Shown: positions 27,506-38,997 of the stretch, piece by piece | How positions within the stretch are numbered: position 1 is the stretch's first letter | How the letters are laid out: every line of letters begins with the position of its first letter | Assembly (NCBI GenBank): GCA_964187785.1 | Contig: OZ076413.1 | Span: forward strand, 47,432,001 to 47,496,000 | DNA from: Amphiscolops sp. MND2022 | Lineage: Eukaryota | Direction: 5' to 3' | DNA: 64,000 nt | Translations under genes and position numbers: made by a program | Notes under the pieces: generated by a model | Databases searched by the model: none | Told to the model about the DNA's origin: nothing | What the model saw: the letters and a program-made list of their open reading frames with translations, nothing else

Positions 27506-28250
27506 GTAAAAAGTTCGCACTTTCATTTCAACCCGCGGCTAACTTCATTTTTCATCAAGTGAAACAAAAGAAATAGACAATCAAAGAGCTGAATCTCGGT
27601 CTCCGGACAGAGAGGAAAGCACTTGAGAAACAAAATACGATGAAGGTAACACAATTTATTTAACGTTTCTGAAAGTGTTTATAACATATTTAACAGGAAC
27701 TTAGGCAGTAAAACAACCGAAGGAATTTCTCAAAGATTAGCAGAATAAAATAGCATGAAAATAACAAAGGTTGAAAAGCAACAGAACAACAAAACTGTAG
27801 AAATACTTTAAGAAACCAGAGCAAATGAAATTAGCAAACTAAACAGTAAAGAGGATGCTGAGAACTACATGCCATGTCCTTCTATTTTAAAAAACAAACA
27901 TCTCATAAGAAAACACGCATTAAATACCGAAGTTAATTTAGATAAAAGTCAGGATAATAACTTCCGATCCTCTGACAGGAACGAACGAAGAGCCTCCATA
28001 GCCTTGATCTCCTTTGGGAGTGGTTAATGAGACCTTAGACGACATTATCATAAAGAACGAGGATAGACCGGTAGCCGACTATCACACTTATAAAGGAGCG
28101 AAAGCATTTTTTGAAAGAACTATTGGTGATTTTGGTTGAAAACGATAACAATTGATTAAAATCGAACACCTTTTTCTAGAAAATGGCAGAATCAGCTTTC
28201 ACGATTCCACACTATCATTTCGATATGCAATTTCGAATCGTGCTCTTTAT

Positions 28251-28632
28251 TTTCCGCTCACAAAAATGGGGGAAGGAAAATCATGATATGTGTCGCGTTT
28301 TTTTCAAAATTCAGCCATAACTCTACTCTTCACTTCACTCTTCTCTACACTCTCACTTAGTTACTTGACTATTTTTCAGTCACTTGATCATTTTACAAAT
28401 TAGTCTAGTAACTGAAACAGCTCAAAGGGGGGAATAATATCTAATGTGAAAAATGGGAAGAAGATCTACAAGGATTAAGATCTAAAATTTCAGGGCGTTA
28501 ATATAATCTAAAAGAAATAAGATCTAAAATCACTAAAATCACTAGAAAGTTCCACATTCCCAAAATAGCTATGGCTCAGTTAATGAAAACGAAGAAGGCG
28601 GAAAATATCCCGGTGCTTAGCGAGCTTCTTGT
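28251..28632 (+). mobile_element. Helentron/HINE-like element, relative of 26137-26414
   Basis: TTTTCCGCTCACAAAAATGGGGGA...GAAAATCATGAT start and GCGGAAAATATCCCGGTGCTTAGCG...TCTTGT end. Confidence 0.5.
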
Positions 28633-28653
28633 TCGTTAGTGGGCAGTAGTATC

Positions 28654-30395
28654 TGTCGCGGGCTGCCGCCTGCGACGGCAATTGGTACTCAGTCGGCTAC
28701 AACTACAATACTCTCCCTGGTACCCTCCCAATGAACTGAGGAATGGACTATTAGTCCAAAAGTCTAAGAAGACAAACTATAAACTTATCTTATTGTGATT
28801 GATTTCGCATATGTTTATGTAAGTATATCATTTTATTCGGGGCTTTTATATTAATGAAGTTTGAAACGATTTGGAATAATTATCCGGAATTAGCCATGTA
28901 AAGTATGTAGTTGAAAATTGAATATAGTGTATTAATACATGTATAACAGTGATAGATATATACCACGGCTGAGAAATTGGACACCAAGGCGTACAGGTAA
29001 AGGAAACGAGTTCAAATGTTTCCTTTCCTGTCTCGCTAGACGCGCTGTCCGTCCAATTTCTCAACCAATCACAGTGCATTGTTCATTTGCTCGCTCCTGT
29101 GCTGTATTCTAAATTAAAGGACTCAAGGGCCACACGCCACCACAACGACGCTACTCTTGTATTAAATAAGGACGCGTGGACACTGAGTCCAAAGTAGAAT
29201 AAAAGAAGTGCGTATATTGAAATTGATAATGTACTATCTCAGAAGCGGTATATTTATTCTGATTGGAGACCTGTCACCTTGTTTACAAAAGGACCATTAG
29301 TCCTTCCCCCCCTCTTTTGTGTTCTCTTATTTTCCAGAACTTCCTGGATAGAAAGTCAAAACGGGCTGTTTGTTTCTTAAAAAGCCATAAAGGGTAGCTC
29401 AATGTTCATACACCATCTTTGCATGTATTTATTTCATATGATTTAGCATGTATTGTTTTACATGAAGTGTTGCTACTGAAACTTGATTGGATGACCTGAA
29501 GGGGCACATGTACATCTTTGAATGTAACTACTTCATATATGTAGAAGCACGTAAATCAATTACGTCATAGTTGTTGCTATTTTTAGTATTATGATAATAT
29601 ACTTGTAAAGACACGTTGTATGTTGTGTCTATTTTTAGAATACCTGTTACTAAAATTAGACTGATGACTACCACTTTTATGCATGTCATGTTTAGTTGAT
29701 TATAAATAACCGGGACCCGTGGTCCTGGGGACATAATCTTCATACGAATAGTCACAGTCAAGTTCGCTGTTATAATACCGAATACAATATTATTTGCAAG
29801 CTTAAAGATTTCAATTTAAATTCTTTCCTCTTGCAACAATCTCTCATGCCTTCTACGAGACGTCAAAAGGCGAAAACTAGAAAGTCTAGAGAAATGGACA
29901 TGATGTCCGATATGGACAACTTGGACGTAATGTTGGGTAATGGGAGTGAAAATCCTATAGAGAGAGAATTAACTGAAGTAATTGAACAATCTTCAGTTCG
30001 TAGTGACAGTGAGGCTAATCTGTACCAAAGGGATGAATATAGAAACTTCTCCCATGAGAATAGTGAATACAGGCAGAACGATGTTAGGCAGTCTTTTGAA
30101 ACTTTCTCAAATGAATTTAATCTTAGACTGTCTCAAGAAATGGATTCCATGATGGCCATGGTACATAGCCAAATAAATAGGGCAATCAGTACTGCCATAT
30201 CAGAAAAGGTGCTACCAGATATTCAAAATATTGTGAGTTCAATGTCTTCCTCTGGGAACAGGGACACTGAGGCTAGTATGTCTCCTAGCAGTCAGGAAAA
30301 TACGGAAAATCCATCCGGCTTGAAAACAAAATTATTGAAAAAGGACTCGCGGTCCGTTGGTGATTTGAGAGACACCACGGGACGTGGCTCTTACA
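28654..30395 (+). repeat. 5' LTR (1,742 bp)
   Basis: TGTCGCGGGC...GGCTCTTACA. About 7 substitutions and one 1-bp indel versus the 3' LTR, counted by eye. Confidence 0.97.
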
Positions 30396-31534
30396 TGGTG
30401 ACAGGAGTTAACGAAGCCCAACAGCCTATACCTGAATTTCTCACTGGACGAATCCACTCAATCCCGAACCTAGAGAGACAGCAATCTAACCACAATGTCT
30501 CTTTGGACACCACTCTGCCAGCGCCAGAACCAGAGGTCACAGAGCCGCCTCAGGACCCGCTCAATAGATTGGCTGATGTACTAGTCAATTTGCAAAATAA
30601 ACCCCAAACGATGACTATCCGACCTGTCCAAACGACACCTATGACGTTTGACGGAAAGAGTGAGAAATTCGAACTCTTTGAAGATTTGTTCCACACAATG
30701 ATCAAAATGCAACCGGCCATGACAGAGCAAATGAAAATAAACCATTTTCACTCATTGCTCAGAAAAGGGGCCCTGCAGACCTTCAGGAACATAAACTCAA
30801 TTAACCGCCAAACACTCGAGGATGTGCTAATCATATTCCGGAGAAAATACGTCAAACCGGAATCCCAAGCAACGGCAAAACACAAATGGCATCGGCTGAC
30901 TTTCGATCCGAATACCATGAAATTGCCGGATTTCTTGGAAGAACTGAACCAGGGGGCAGAAAAAGCTTTCGGCGAAAATGCAAAAAGCATGATTGACAGC
31001 TTATTATACGCAAAACTGCCTCCAAAATTGAAACGATCTGTCAATATGGCCCGCCTGGAGAACGGGACATATGAAGAAATCGTCGCTCATCTTGAAAGAG
31101 AGCTTGAACTCAACGCATTAGAAGAGTCAGACGATTTGCCAATCGCTACAATGGCCTCTGCGTCCACCAGTAACAACAATTTGCTCTCTAATGGCATAAA
31201 TACTAAAAAGGACGCACAATGCTCTTATTGTAAAGCCACAGGCCACTTCTATAAGAGCTGCCCTAAATTGAAGAAGAAGAAAGAACTGGAGGACAAAAAT
31301 GGCAGAAAGCCCCAACGTCCTACATACCCAGAATGCCCTACTTGCGGAAAGAAAAATCACCCTGTTGAAAGATGCTGGAAAGGGGCTGGAGCACATTTAC
31401 GACCCAAAAGGACACGTCCTGAGGATAAGGCTGATGACACCTCTGGCGATGAAAAATCGTCCAAAAAGTCAACTAACCCTGAAACTGCATCTTCAAGCCA
31501 ATCAAACTCACGTAAAACGGACTCAAAAAACTAA
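29846..31534 (+). CDS. gag: Gag (562 aa from MPSTRRQK); first 183 codons lie within the 5' LTR
   Basis: Retrotransposon capsid-like region (TFDGKSEKFELFE...), two CX2CX4HX4C knuckles (CSYCKATGHFYKSC, CPTCGKKNHPVERC). The start ATG is supported by the homologous start at 51647. Confidence 0.93.
   Translation: MPSTRRQKAKTRKSREMDMMSDMDNLDVMLGNGSENPIERELTEVIEQSSVRSDSEANLYQRDEYRNFSHENSEYRQNDVRQSFETFSNEFNLRLSQEMDSMMAMVHSQINRAISTAISEKVLPDIQNIVSSMSSSGNRDTEASMSPSSQENTENPSGLKTKLLKKDSRSVGDLRDTTGRGSYMVTGVNEAQQPIPEFLTGRIHSIPNLERQQSNHNVSLDTTLPAPEPEVTEPPQDPLNRLADVLVNLQNKPQTMTIRPVQTTPMTFDGKSEKFELFEDLFHTMIKMQPAMTEQMKINHFHSLLRKGALQTFRNINSINRQTLEDVLIIFRRKYVKPESQATAKHKWHRLTFDPNTMKLPDFLEELNQGAEKAFGENAKSMIDSLLYAKLPPKLKRSVNMARLENGTYEEIVAHLERELELNALEESDDLPIATMASASTSNNNLLSNGINTKKDAQCSYCKATGHFYKSCPKLKKKKELEDKNGRKPQRPTYPECPTCGKKNHPVERCWKGAGAHLRPKRTRPEDKADDTSGDEKSSKKSTNPETASSSQSNSRKTDSKN
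30396..30408 (+). promoter_or_regulatory. Primer-binding site (tRNA-Leu-like) lying inside the gag ORF
   Basis: TGGTGACAGGAGT directly after the LTR CA; one mismatch to the complement of a common animal tRNA-Leu 3' end (TGGTGTCAGGAGT). Confidence 0.65.
31525..31531 (+). promoter_or_regulatory. Putative -1 ribosomal frameshift heptamer A_AAA_AAC
   Basis: Canonical X_XXY_YYZ immediately before the gag stop; pol is in the -1 frame. Confidence 0.65.
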
Positions 31535-34500
31535 TTTCGCCACGACTCTAAATATGTAACAAGATGTCAGTACGACAGTACGTCATATCTGACCCTGCAA
31601 ACATTACATATAAACAAACTCAAAACGACACCACAGGGATGCCATCGACTGTCTGGCAGCAGCAGATGGCCGACGCCCGCAAAGAAACTCAATATATCAT
31701 TCACAGTGATCACCCATACCTATATCGACGGAATAGCAATTACAACGACTCCGAAACTCAATTTAGACCCTTACAAACTGTCGAAGATTATAACCCTCAA
31801 TACTATGACCCCGAGTATGGCAAAGACCCGTACTGGGACGACGAACTATATGACAAGACAAATTTACAATTTCGAAACGAAGATTACCCTCCAACTGACG
31901 ACGAGGACGACCCAGACATCGAAGACAACACACTGTCTCGGGCCCTCATTGATCTTTGGCAGCCGAACTTTGAGGCAACTATACAAGAAGTAGACGCCAT
32001 ACACACACAGGAGGACCACAAGGCTCCTAATAGTCTTTTAGACGAGACAGCCTTCTTACACCTCCTAGTGACCAAAGAAGGAGAATTACCATACGTTCCC
32101 CTTTCAACAAACCTTGGACTTAAATTCAAACGACGAATGCTCTATTTCCCAATGGACTTTGGGGAATTAACTCTAGATGGCCTGATAGACACTGGAGCCC
32201 ACTCCAGTGCAATCCCGGAGGCAGACCTCAGGAAAAAACGCCTGTTGGCCCCTCAATCCATTGTAAAAGAAGGTCCTGCCCCATCCTTCCAAATAATGGT
32301 CGCAAATGGAGACTTAGAAACCCCAAAGAGCACAGTCGAACTAAAATTCGAAGTGGGCGACATAGAATTTCACGAAATTTTCATTGTAATGGAAAAACTG
32401 TCAAGCCCCATAATTGGACTAATATTCCTTCAAAGGAACCACACTGTCCTGGACATGCGCCAAGGTATACTCAACTTTCCCTACTTCTCGATGCAACTCA
32501 AGACGGCTGACCATAAATACTCAAATGTTTTGGAACCCATTCTCAATCCTGAGGATGTCACAATTCCGCCCAATGACCATGTGGTCATACCCATTCAATC
32601 ACAAATTTACGCAGAAAATGCAGTTACGGGCATATTGCAACCCAGCAATCTTCTGCACGAGGAAGGCGACATAACCTTCTGTGCCGCCTTAGTCACACTA
32701 CATGAAGGGGCTACGAGAATACACGTCAACAATTTCACTGATCAACCCTATAAAATAAAGAAAGGGATGCACATTGCAAACTTTTCAGTGATGACCCCTG
32801 AACAGATGAAACACGTCAGGCCAATAGACCCAGTGTCCACCTGGCACTTACTGAATGAAAATGAAGACGACGCTATTTATTATATTAGTAGCCTTCTTAA
32901 AGCTAACAGAAATAATGACCAATACGAACAATATTGGTTCCCGACGCCTGAAAACCCAGGGGACGAAACGACCCATACCCCAATACAACAAAGAATTCTC
33001 AAAGAATTACGAAACCTGCAAAGTTTAGAACAACTCAACCCGCACGACGATGCGGAATCTCGTCGAAAATTCCTCAGCAACTTTGATTGGAAGGACTCAA
33101 TGTTACAACAACATGAAATCAGACAAATAGAAACTCTATTAGTGGAATTCCATGACATCTTTGCACGCCATAGATTTGACATTGGCGTCAATGAGGAATT
33201 TACGGTCAAACTGACCCCAAAGGACGAGTCGCCTGCTTACAGTCAGAGCCTACCTACTCCGGTCAACCTCAAAGAGGACATATTGGTCGAACTGGCATTA
33301 CTCCATAAATATGGGATTATAACAACATTACCATTCTCGAAGTACGCCAGTCCAATATTTGCGCAGAAAAAACCCAATGGAAAACTGAGACTGTTGGTGG
33401 ATTTGCGGAAAATCAATAATCTGATTTCAGATGACTACGTCAATAACAACCACCCAGTCAGCACCTTGACGGATGCGGCGCAACATATGGCAGGCAAAAA
33501 GCTCTTTTGCAAACTCGACTGTTCCCAAGCTTATCATTGCCTTCCTATGGCAGACCAGAAATCAATTGAAATGCTAGCTTTCAACTTCGCCAGCAGGACA
33601 TTTGCATATAGAAGATTGGCCCAAGGACTCAGTAGAGCCCTGTCGGCCTTCTCCAGTTTCATGAGGGAATACCTGGATCGTGTTATAAAAGCAGACCAAT
33701 GTGCTCAATATGTGGACGATATCGGTGTCGCGGTGACAGACGCTAACCAGCTTATCGTCAACTTAAGAGCAACGTTCCAATGTATCAGAGAAGCAGGATT
33801 GAAATTGTCCATGCACAAGTGCCATTTCGGCGCTACTGAAATTGACTTTCTTGGGAGAACCATTACACCTGAAGGCGTAAAGCCCCAAAAAGAAAGAATC
33901 GCTAACTTCTTGGAAAAGACGAAATTCCCAAAGTCCAAGAAGGCCTTACAACGCTATATTGGTTTCCTCAATTACTACAGGAATTATATTCCAAGACTAT
34001 CCGAAAAACTAGTTCCCTTCTTCCAATTGCTCAAAAAGTATGAAAAGGTACTAGTCACGCAAGAGCTGGTTGAACAATTTAATGCGATCAACCGTGATTT
34101 AGACCGATGTAGTCAATTGGCGTTGAAGCAACCTCTGCCGAACAAACAACTGGTCCTCATGACTGACGCAAAATTTACAGCAGCCGGTTACGCCATATTG
34201 ACCGAAGACGACCCAAATCAAAAATACACTTCTGTTAAAAAGTCCTATGCGCCGATTGCATATGGATCCAAAACTTTCACGCCTTCTCAGGTCAAAATGT
34301 CGATATATGCAAAGGAATTCCTAGCTATATATTATGCATTTAAGGAGTTTGGACATATCTTCTGGGGAACACCTCAACCCGTGATTATCCTCGCAGATAA
34401 CAAATCGGTCACGAGGTTCTTCCAGACAAAGATAATTCCACCGCCTCTCTGGAATGCTTGTGATTTTGTCATTCAATTCAACTTCATTATAGCTCACATT

Positions 34501-36638
34501 CCAGGCAAAAACAATACAGCGGCAGACTACTTGTCCCGTATCGTATGGAAATGGACCCTACTGAAAAGTTGGTCCTGAAAATACGAGAGGACGTAGAAAC
34601 TAGACCGATCGAGGTCAATGTCCAATCAGCCGGCGTATCAGAAGAAGAACAAATTTTCTTCACCGAGGAGGACAACGAAACAGAAGAACAGATTTGGAGA
34701 CGGAAACAACAATCCAAAAAGGGCCTCATAGTCCCTGAGACAGTAATCCAAATTGACGCTATATCAGAAAATACCGTCGAAGAGATTACTAATTTCACGC
34801 AGAAATTAAGAAGAACAAATCAGATACTGCTTGAACAATCCAGAGACCCGATTCTCCTCCAATTGAGGGCGAAACTTCAAAAAGAAGAATACTCTGAAGA
34901 AATCCTTCAACAGGATATTCGGTACAAGTATTACTTGAACAACATAGATCGAATAGTCCTCAAAGACGAGTTAGTGACGCGGCAGTACTACGATGAAACC
35001 GGACAGGTCAAATATCATCAAATCTAATTACCAAAGCATTTGCTCAAAGAATTATTACAAGCAATACATGGCACGGCACATAGACACCCGAGCATTTCCA
35101 AAATGCTGCAGGAAATTCGCCAAAAATACTACTACCCCGGAATTGCTAAACACGTCAAAAAATGGGTAGAAGGCTGCGAAACAGGTGCCAAGGACAAAAG
35201 GGTCCCCAACACGGTAATCACCCCAGAATTACTGAATTTACCTGAATGGGACCTAGGCCCAGAAGATGCCATGCAAATCGATTTACTGCCAAATTTACCA
35301 ACCAGCGGCGGATACCAAACGGTGATGACGGCAACAGACGTATTTTCAAGATATTTATTCGCCTACCCGCTAATTGAGGCAACAGCCGCAAACGTAGCCA
35401 AGGTGATAATTGACATCATGACGAAACATTCGTATTTGCCAACAACAATCATCACGGACAAGGGATCCGCATTTACATCAAAAATTTTAGAAGAAATTAC
35501 TGCAATACTGGGGATCACATTGAAGTGTGCCACTACTAAACATCCGCAAACTATTGGTAAACTTGAAAGGACACACGCCTCTTTAAAATCCAACCTAAAG
35601 ATGGCCTCAGGGGAATACCGTCGTCAATGGCACAAATATTTACCATTAGCTGTACTTAACTATAACACTACTTATCACGCTAGTATTGGTTGTGAGCCTA
35701 GCAAAGTCTTTCATGGCCGAATTCCCTATAACGTCCTGGATCACAAATTAGGGAATAATCCTAACAAAAATTTCCTACCGACGACTGAATTCGCGGAAGA
35801 ATTGCAGCAGAGGACACAAATCCTCATTGATCAAACCAAAAGGAATATTATGCAGTCGTATTTAAAGTACAAGGAGTACTACGACCGCAAGGCCAAGGCG
35901 GCTCCGCTACAGGAGAAAGACTACTGTTTTGTTCTCCAACCGAAAGCAGATAGTCAAGGATCTAAAATACCATTCAGGGACTTCCGATGGATTGGTCCTT
36001 TTGTCGTTCAAAAAACTCTACCAAATAACAATTATATAGTGCGTCGTTTAAATACGAATAAAACGCAAATCTTGCACCGGATAAGGCTCAAAAAATTTGT
36101 CCCTAATGCTCCATTAGAAGACAAATACAAAGAAGAAAAATTACAGCCTGATGAAGAAATAATAATACCGCAAGATGATTTGTATACCATTTCATGGGAA
36201 GCAGACTTTGAATACGAGCTATTCGAGCCGAAGAAAAATGATTGGCCAGACACGGCCACGCGTCTGCCGCAGGACGCCACGAATGGTGAAGTCGACTATT
36301 ACGTCACCGAGAATGAAAGCAGCAGAGTAAATGAAAGTGAATGCAGCAGCGAGAGAACGAATGAAAATGACGTCAACGAGAATGAAATAAGGCCGAGACC
36401 GGCTAGCAGCCGTGACGCGTCGTCCCCTCCACATGAATCGACTACTGGGACGGAAAATGAAAATGACGTCACTAATGAATTAAATGATGACGGAAACGTT
36501 CCAAAAAGGGGCGCAGATATTACCGTGCCCGGAATATCGGAAAATGGAAAAAATGAAGAAAACTCTAGCCCTAGAGGAGGGAAATACAATCTTCGACCTA
36601 ACCCAACCCCTAACTTCACTGACGAATACAGATATTAA
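31531..36638 (+). pseudogene. pol: pol (protease, dUTPase-like segment, RT, RNase H, integrase with GPY/F), disrupted in this copy
   Basis: LIDTGA protease, YVDD RT, RNase H (TDA..YAKEFLA..DYLSR), integrase (QIDLL, ITDKGS, KLER, WIGPF). Lesions: TAA 31549-31551, CGTAT duplication 34537-34546, TAA 35025-35027, HHCC CETC changed to CETG. Confidence 0.95.
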
Positions 36639-36835
36639 CTAGATATGTAAATTAGCGTCCAGATAGCCTTTTAGACTACTTGATTTTCTTACTATTTTTC
36701 ACTGGACTTCTCAACTGATACAAATGAAAACAATAATCAAGAAATACTACAAATAAACTCAAGAAATTTCAACAAACGAGTTAATATGATAAATACAAGT
36801 TGACAGAATATGAAACAAATGTACTCAATGTACAT

Positions 36836-37989
36836 TTAGTCTTTAGAACTCCCGGGCAACAGAGTATCATTGGCAGTGGGTGCTTTAGAAAAGGAGACAG
36901 CCCCAAACTTCACTCCTTTCTTATCTTTGATTGGACTGCGATTACGCCGCTGACATCCAGTACTGGATACGGAAGACGAAGGTGACCGACTAGCAGAGCG
37001 AGGTTTATCTTTCAAAGCCTTCTGAGCGGAAATAAGAGTCTTAAGGAAATTGGCCTTGCCAAAACTGTCAATGTGGACCCAGGGGTCACCTGCAACATTC
37101 CCACTGATGAATCTGGACTCAAGCTCGCGATATTTCTCCAAATAAGCCTCAGTTGTACATACAGCTACTGACCCAACCACGTTTGCTAAATAGGACTGAG
37201 CAGGAAGTAAGACACTGGACAATCGACAGCGAGGATCACTGCTATTTACGCCCTGGAACTTGATAGCTGGCAGCTTGGGAATTTGGGAAGTCAAGCAAAG
37301 ACAACTCAACTGGAATAAATGGAACAAGAGCCGGCGGGACCTCAACTCAGGCATGGGAGTCAGTAACCCAATCATGTCAGTAAAAGTTTCTGGAACATCT
37401 TTAAAGTCGTGGTACTTGGTACGGAAGAAGTCCACGAACTCAAGGTACTCATCCCGGGCCTCAGTTTCGGGAGTATTGGACACCCATCCTCGCAAGCTGA
37501 AGGAGTAATAGAGGGTAGAAAAACAAAGAGCGGCTTGATCAAAGCTCACGGAAAGGAGGACCACAGGGTCAAAGCAACTCATACCTTTAACGATGTCAGA
37601 ATTGAAGCTGATGTCATCAAGGAAACGTTCCAGAAGGCGAACTAGATAACTGCGAGCCCTGGAGGCAAATTCTTCCTTAATTGCTTCAACTGCGGCTTCA
37701 GAATCAGTGTATACACTTTGGGGATCGTCGGCCTCATGTTTGGCTCTTGCCCGACAAGCTGCGTCCAGGTCTCCTTTAAGTTTTAACCGATTGAGGAAAT
37801 CCCGTGACGAAAGCTGGGTGAGCGACTCTCCCTGTAATGAGTGTAACCCAGTCCATTCGGCCTCATCAGGCAAATGTTTCGGAAGCAAGGATCTATAGCA
37901 GAGCTTCCGCACGAACTGCCGTAACTCGCGGTATGTAAGGAAGCCAGAGTCTTTCCGCTGAGAGAGACTGCCCTCGAAGCACTTGGTAT
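36836..37989 (-). CDS. Antisense accessory gene, exon 4 (hAT-like C-terminal helical region)
   Basis: ttttgcag acceptor after a 149-nt intron. The phase-1 junction restores the frame of ORF 36836-37912. ARSYLVRLLERF...DIVKGMSCFDP resembles hAT transposase C-terminal halves. Confidence 0.8.
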
Positions 37990-38138
37990 CTGCAAAACAA
38001 CGAACCTTTTGAGAATATACTAGTGATAAATGAGTAGACCCCTAGTCCGTTCGGACAATAATGGCCCTACGTGAGCTTGAATGTGAGTAACTGTGCTTAT
38101 ACACATAATTGGTCCATGAAAGAAAAGAAAATACTAAC

Positions 38139-38355
38139 AATCACGGACAATTCGGCCAAAGAATTCGAGTTTGAGATGAAAGAACTCATCACCAATTATG
38201 CTCCACTCTAAACTTTGGGGTCTATGCCTCAGTCCCTGGTTTTCTTGCGTCGGAGCAACTCGGGTCATATAATCATGGACCGCCCTCCAGTCCGCCAGCA
38301 GCTCGGAACATATTGCAGGAACTGATGTGATTTCCAGAGAACAAGTTGAAATTGC
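38139..38355 (-). CDS. Antisense accessory gene, exon 3 (not in the ORF track)
   Basis: After a 74-nt intron (ttaag|GCA). Open 217 nt: AISTCSLEITSVPAICSELLADWRAVHDYM...LKLEFFGRIVRD, ending T|gttagt in phase 1. Confidence 0.72.
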
Positions 38356-38429
38356 CTTAACGGAAGAACTACTTGGGAGCGAAAACTGACCATTAGTCCA
38401 CCCGCCAAAACAGATATGATTATATTTAC

Positions 38430-38915
38430 CTTGCCAAGTTCAGGAGACTGAGTGGCCCAGATCTCGTCCTGACAGCCATCTAGGAATGTGACTAAGAATC
38501 GGAGTTGAGAGAAAAAGTTGATTCCTCCGAAGACGCTTCCCCATTTCTGATGCATGAGCTTGGGCAAAGAAAATGTATCAAATCTAAATGGGTATTGAAT
38601 TCCTTTCGTTAGCAAGCCCGACTGTTCCAAAATGGGAATGAGTTCCGACGGACAGCGAGACACACTGACCAATTGCGGCTGCACTGACAAGAATGAGAAG
38701 ATGCGCGCTATTGCGGTCAACAGTCCAGCAGCATGGTCACTGGCGAGACGGTATTGCATAAGACGAACGGTACACAAAGTGTCTGCCTTCCAGAAACGGA
38801 TTGAGACAATACAATGAAGGCCTGAAGGTTCAAACTCCAAGGAATACTTGCCGGAGACGTTCACGTGGTGGGCTATGTCGCTCATTCCGCAGAGGAAAAT
38901 GTGGTGAAAGATAGT
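38430..38915 (-). CDS. Antisense accessory gene, exon 2 (degenerate RNase H-like hAT core)
   Basis: atttcag acceptor and AAG|gtaaat donor, 486 nt, phase 0-0, after an 82-nt intron. KYSLEFE..CIVSIRFW..GLLTAIARIF..LVSVS. Confidence 0.8.
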
Positions 38916-38997
38916 CTGAAATATAAAGGACTAAATGAGACGACGACAATTGGAAACCTTACGACGATGACGAAGTCAGAAAGGAAAGAATACTTAC

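Noticed and set aside
29696..29845. N-terminal 50-aa extension of Gag in the ORF track
   Set aside because: It relies on a TTG start; homology with the solo-LTR ORF begins at ATG 29846.
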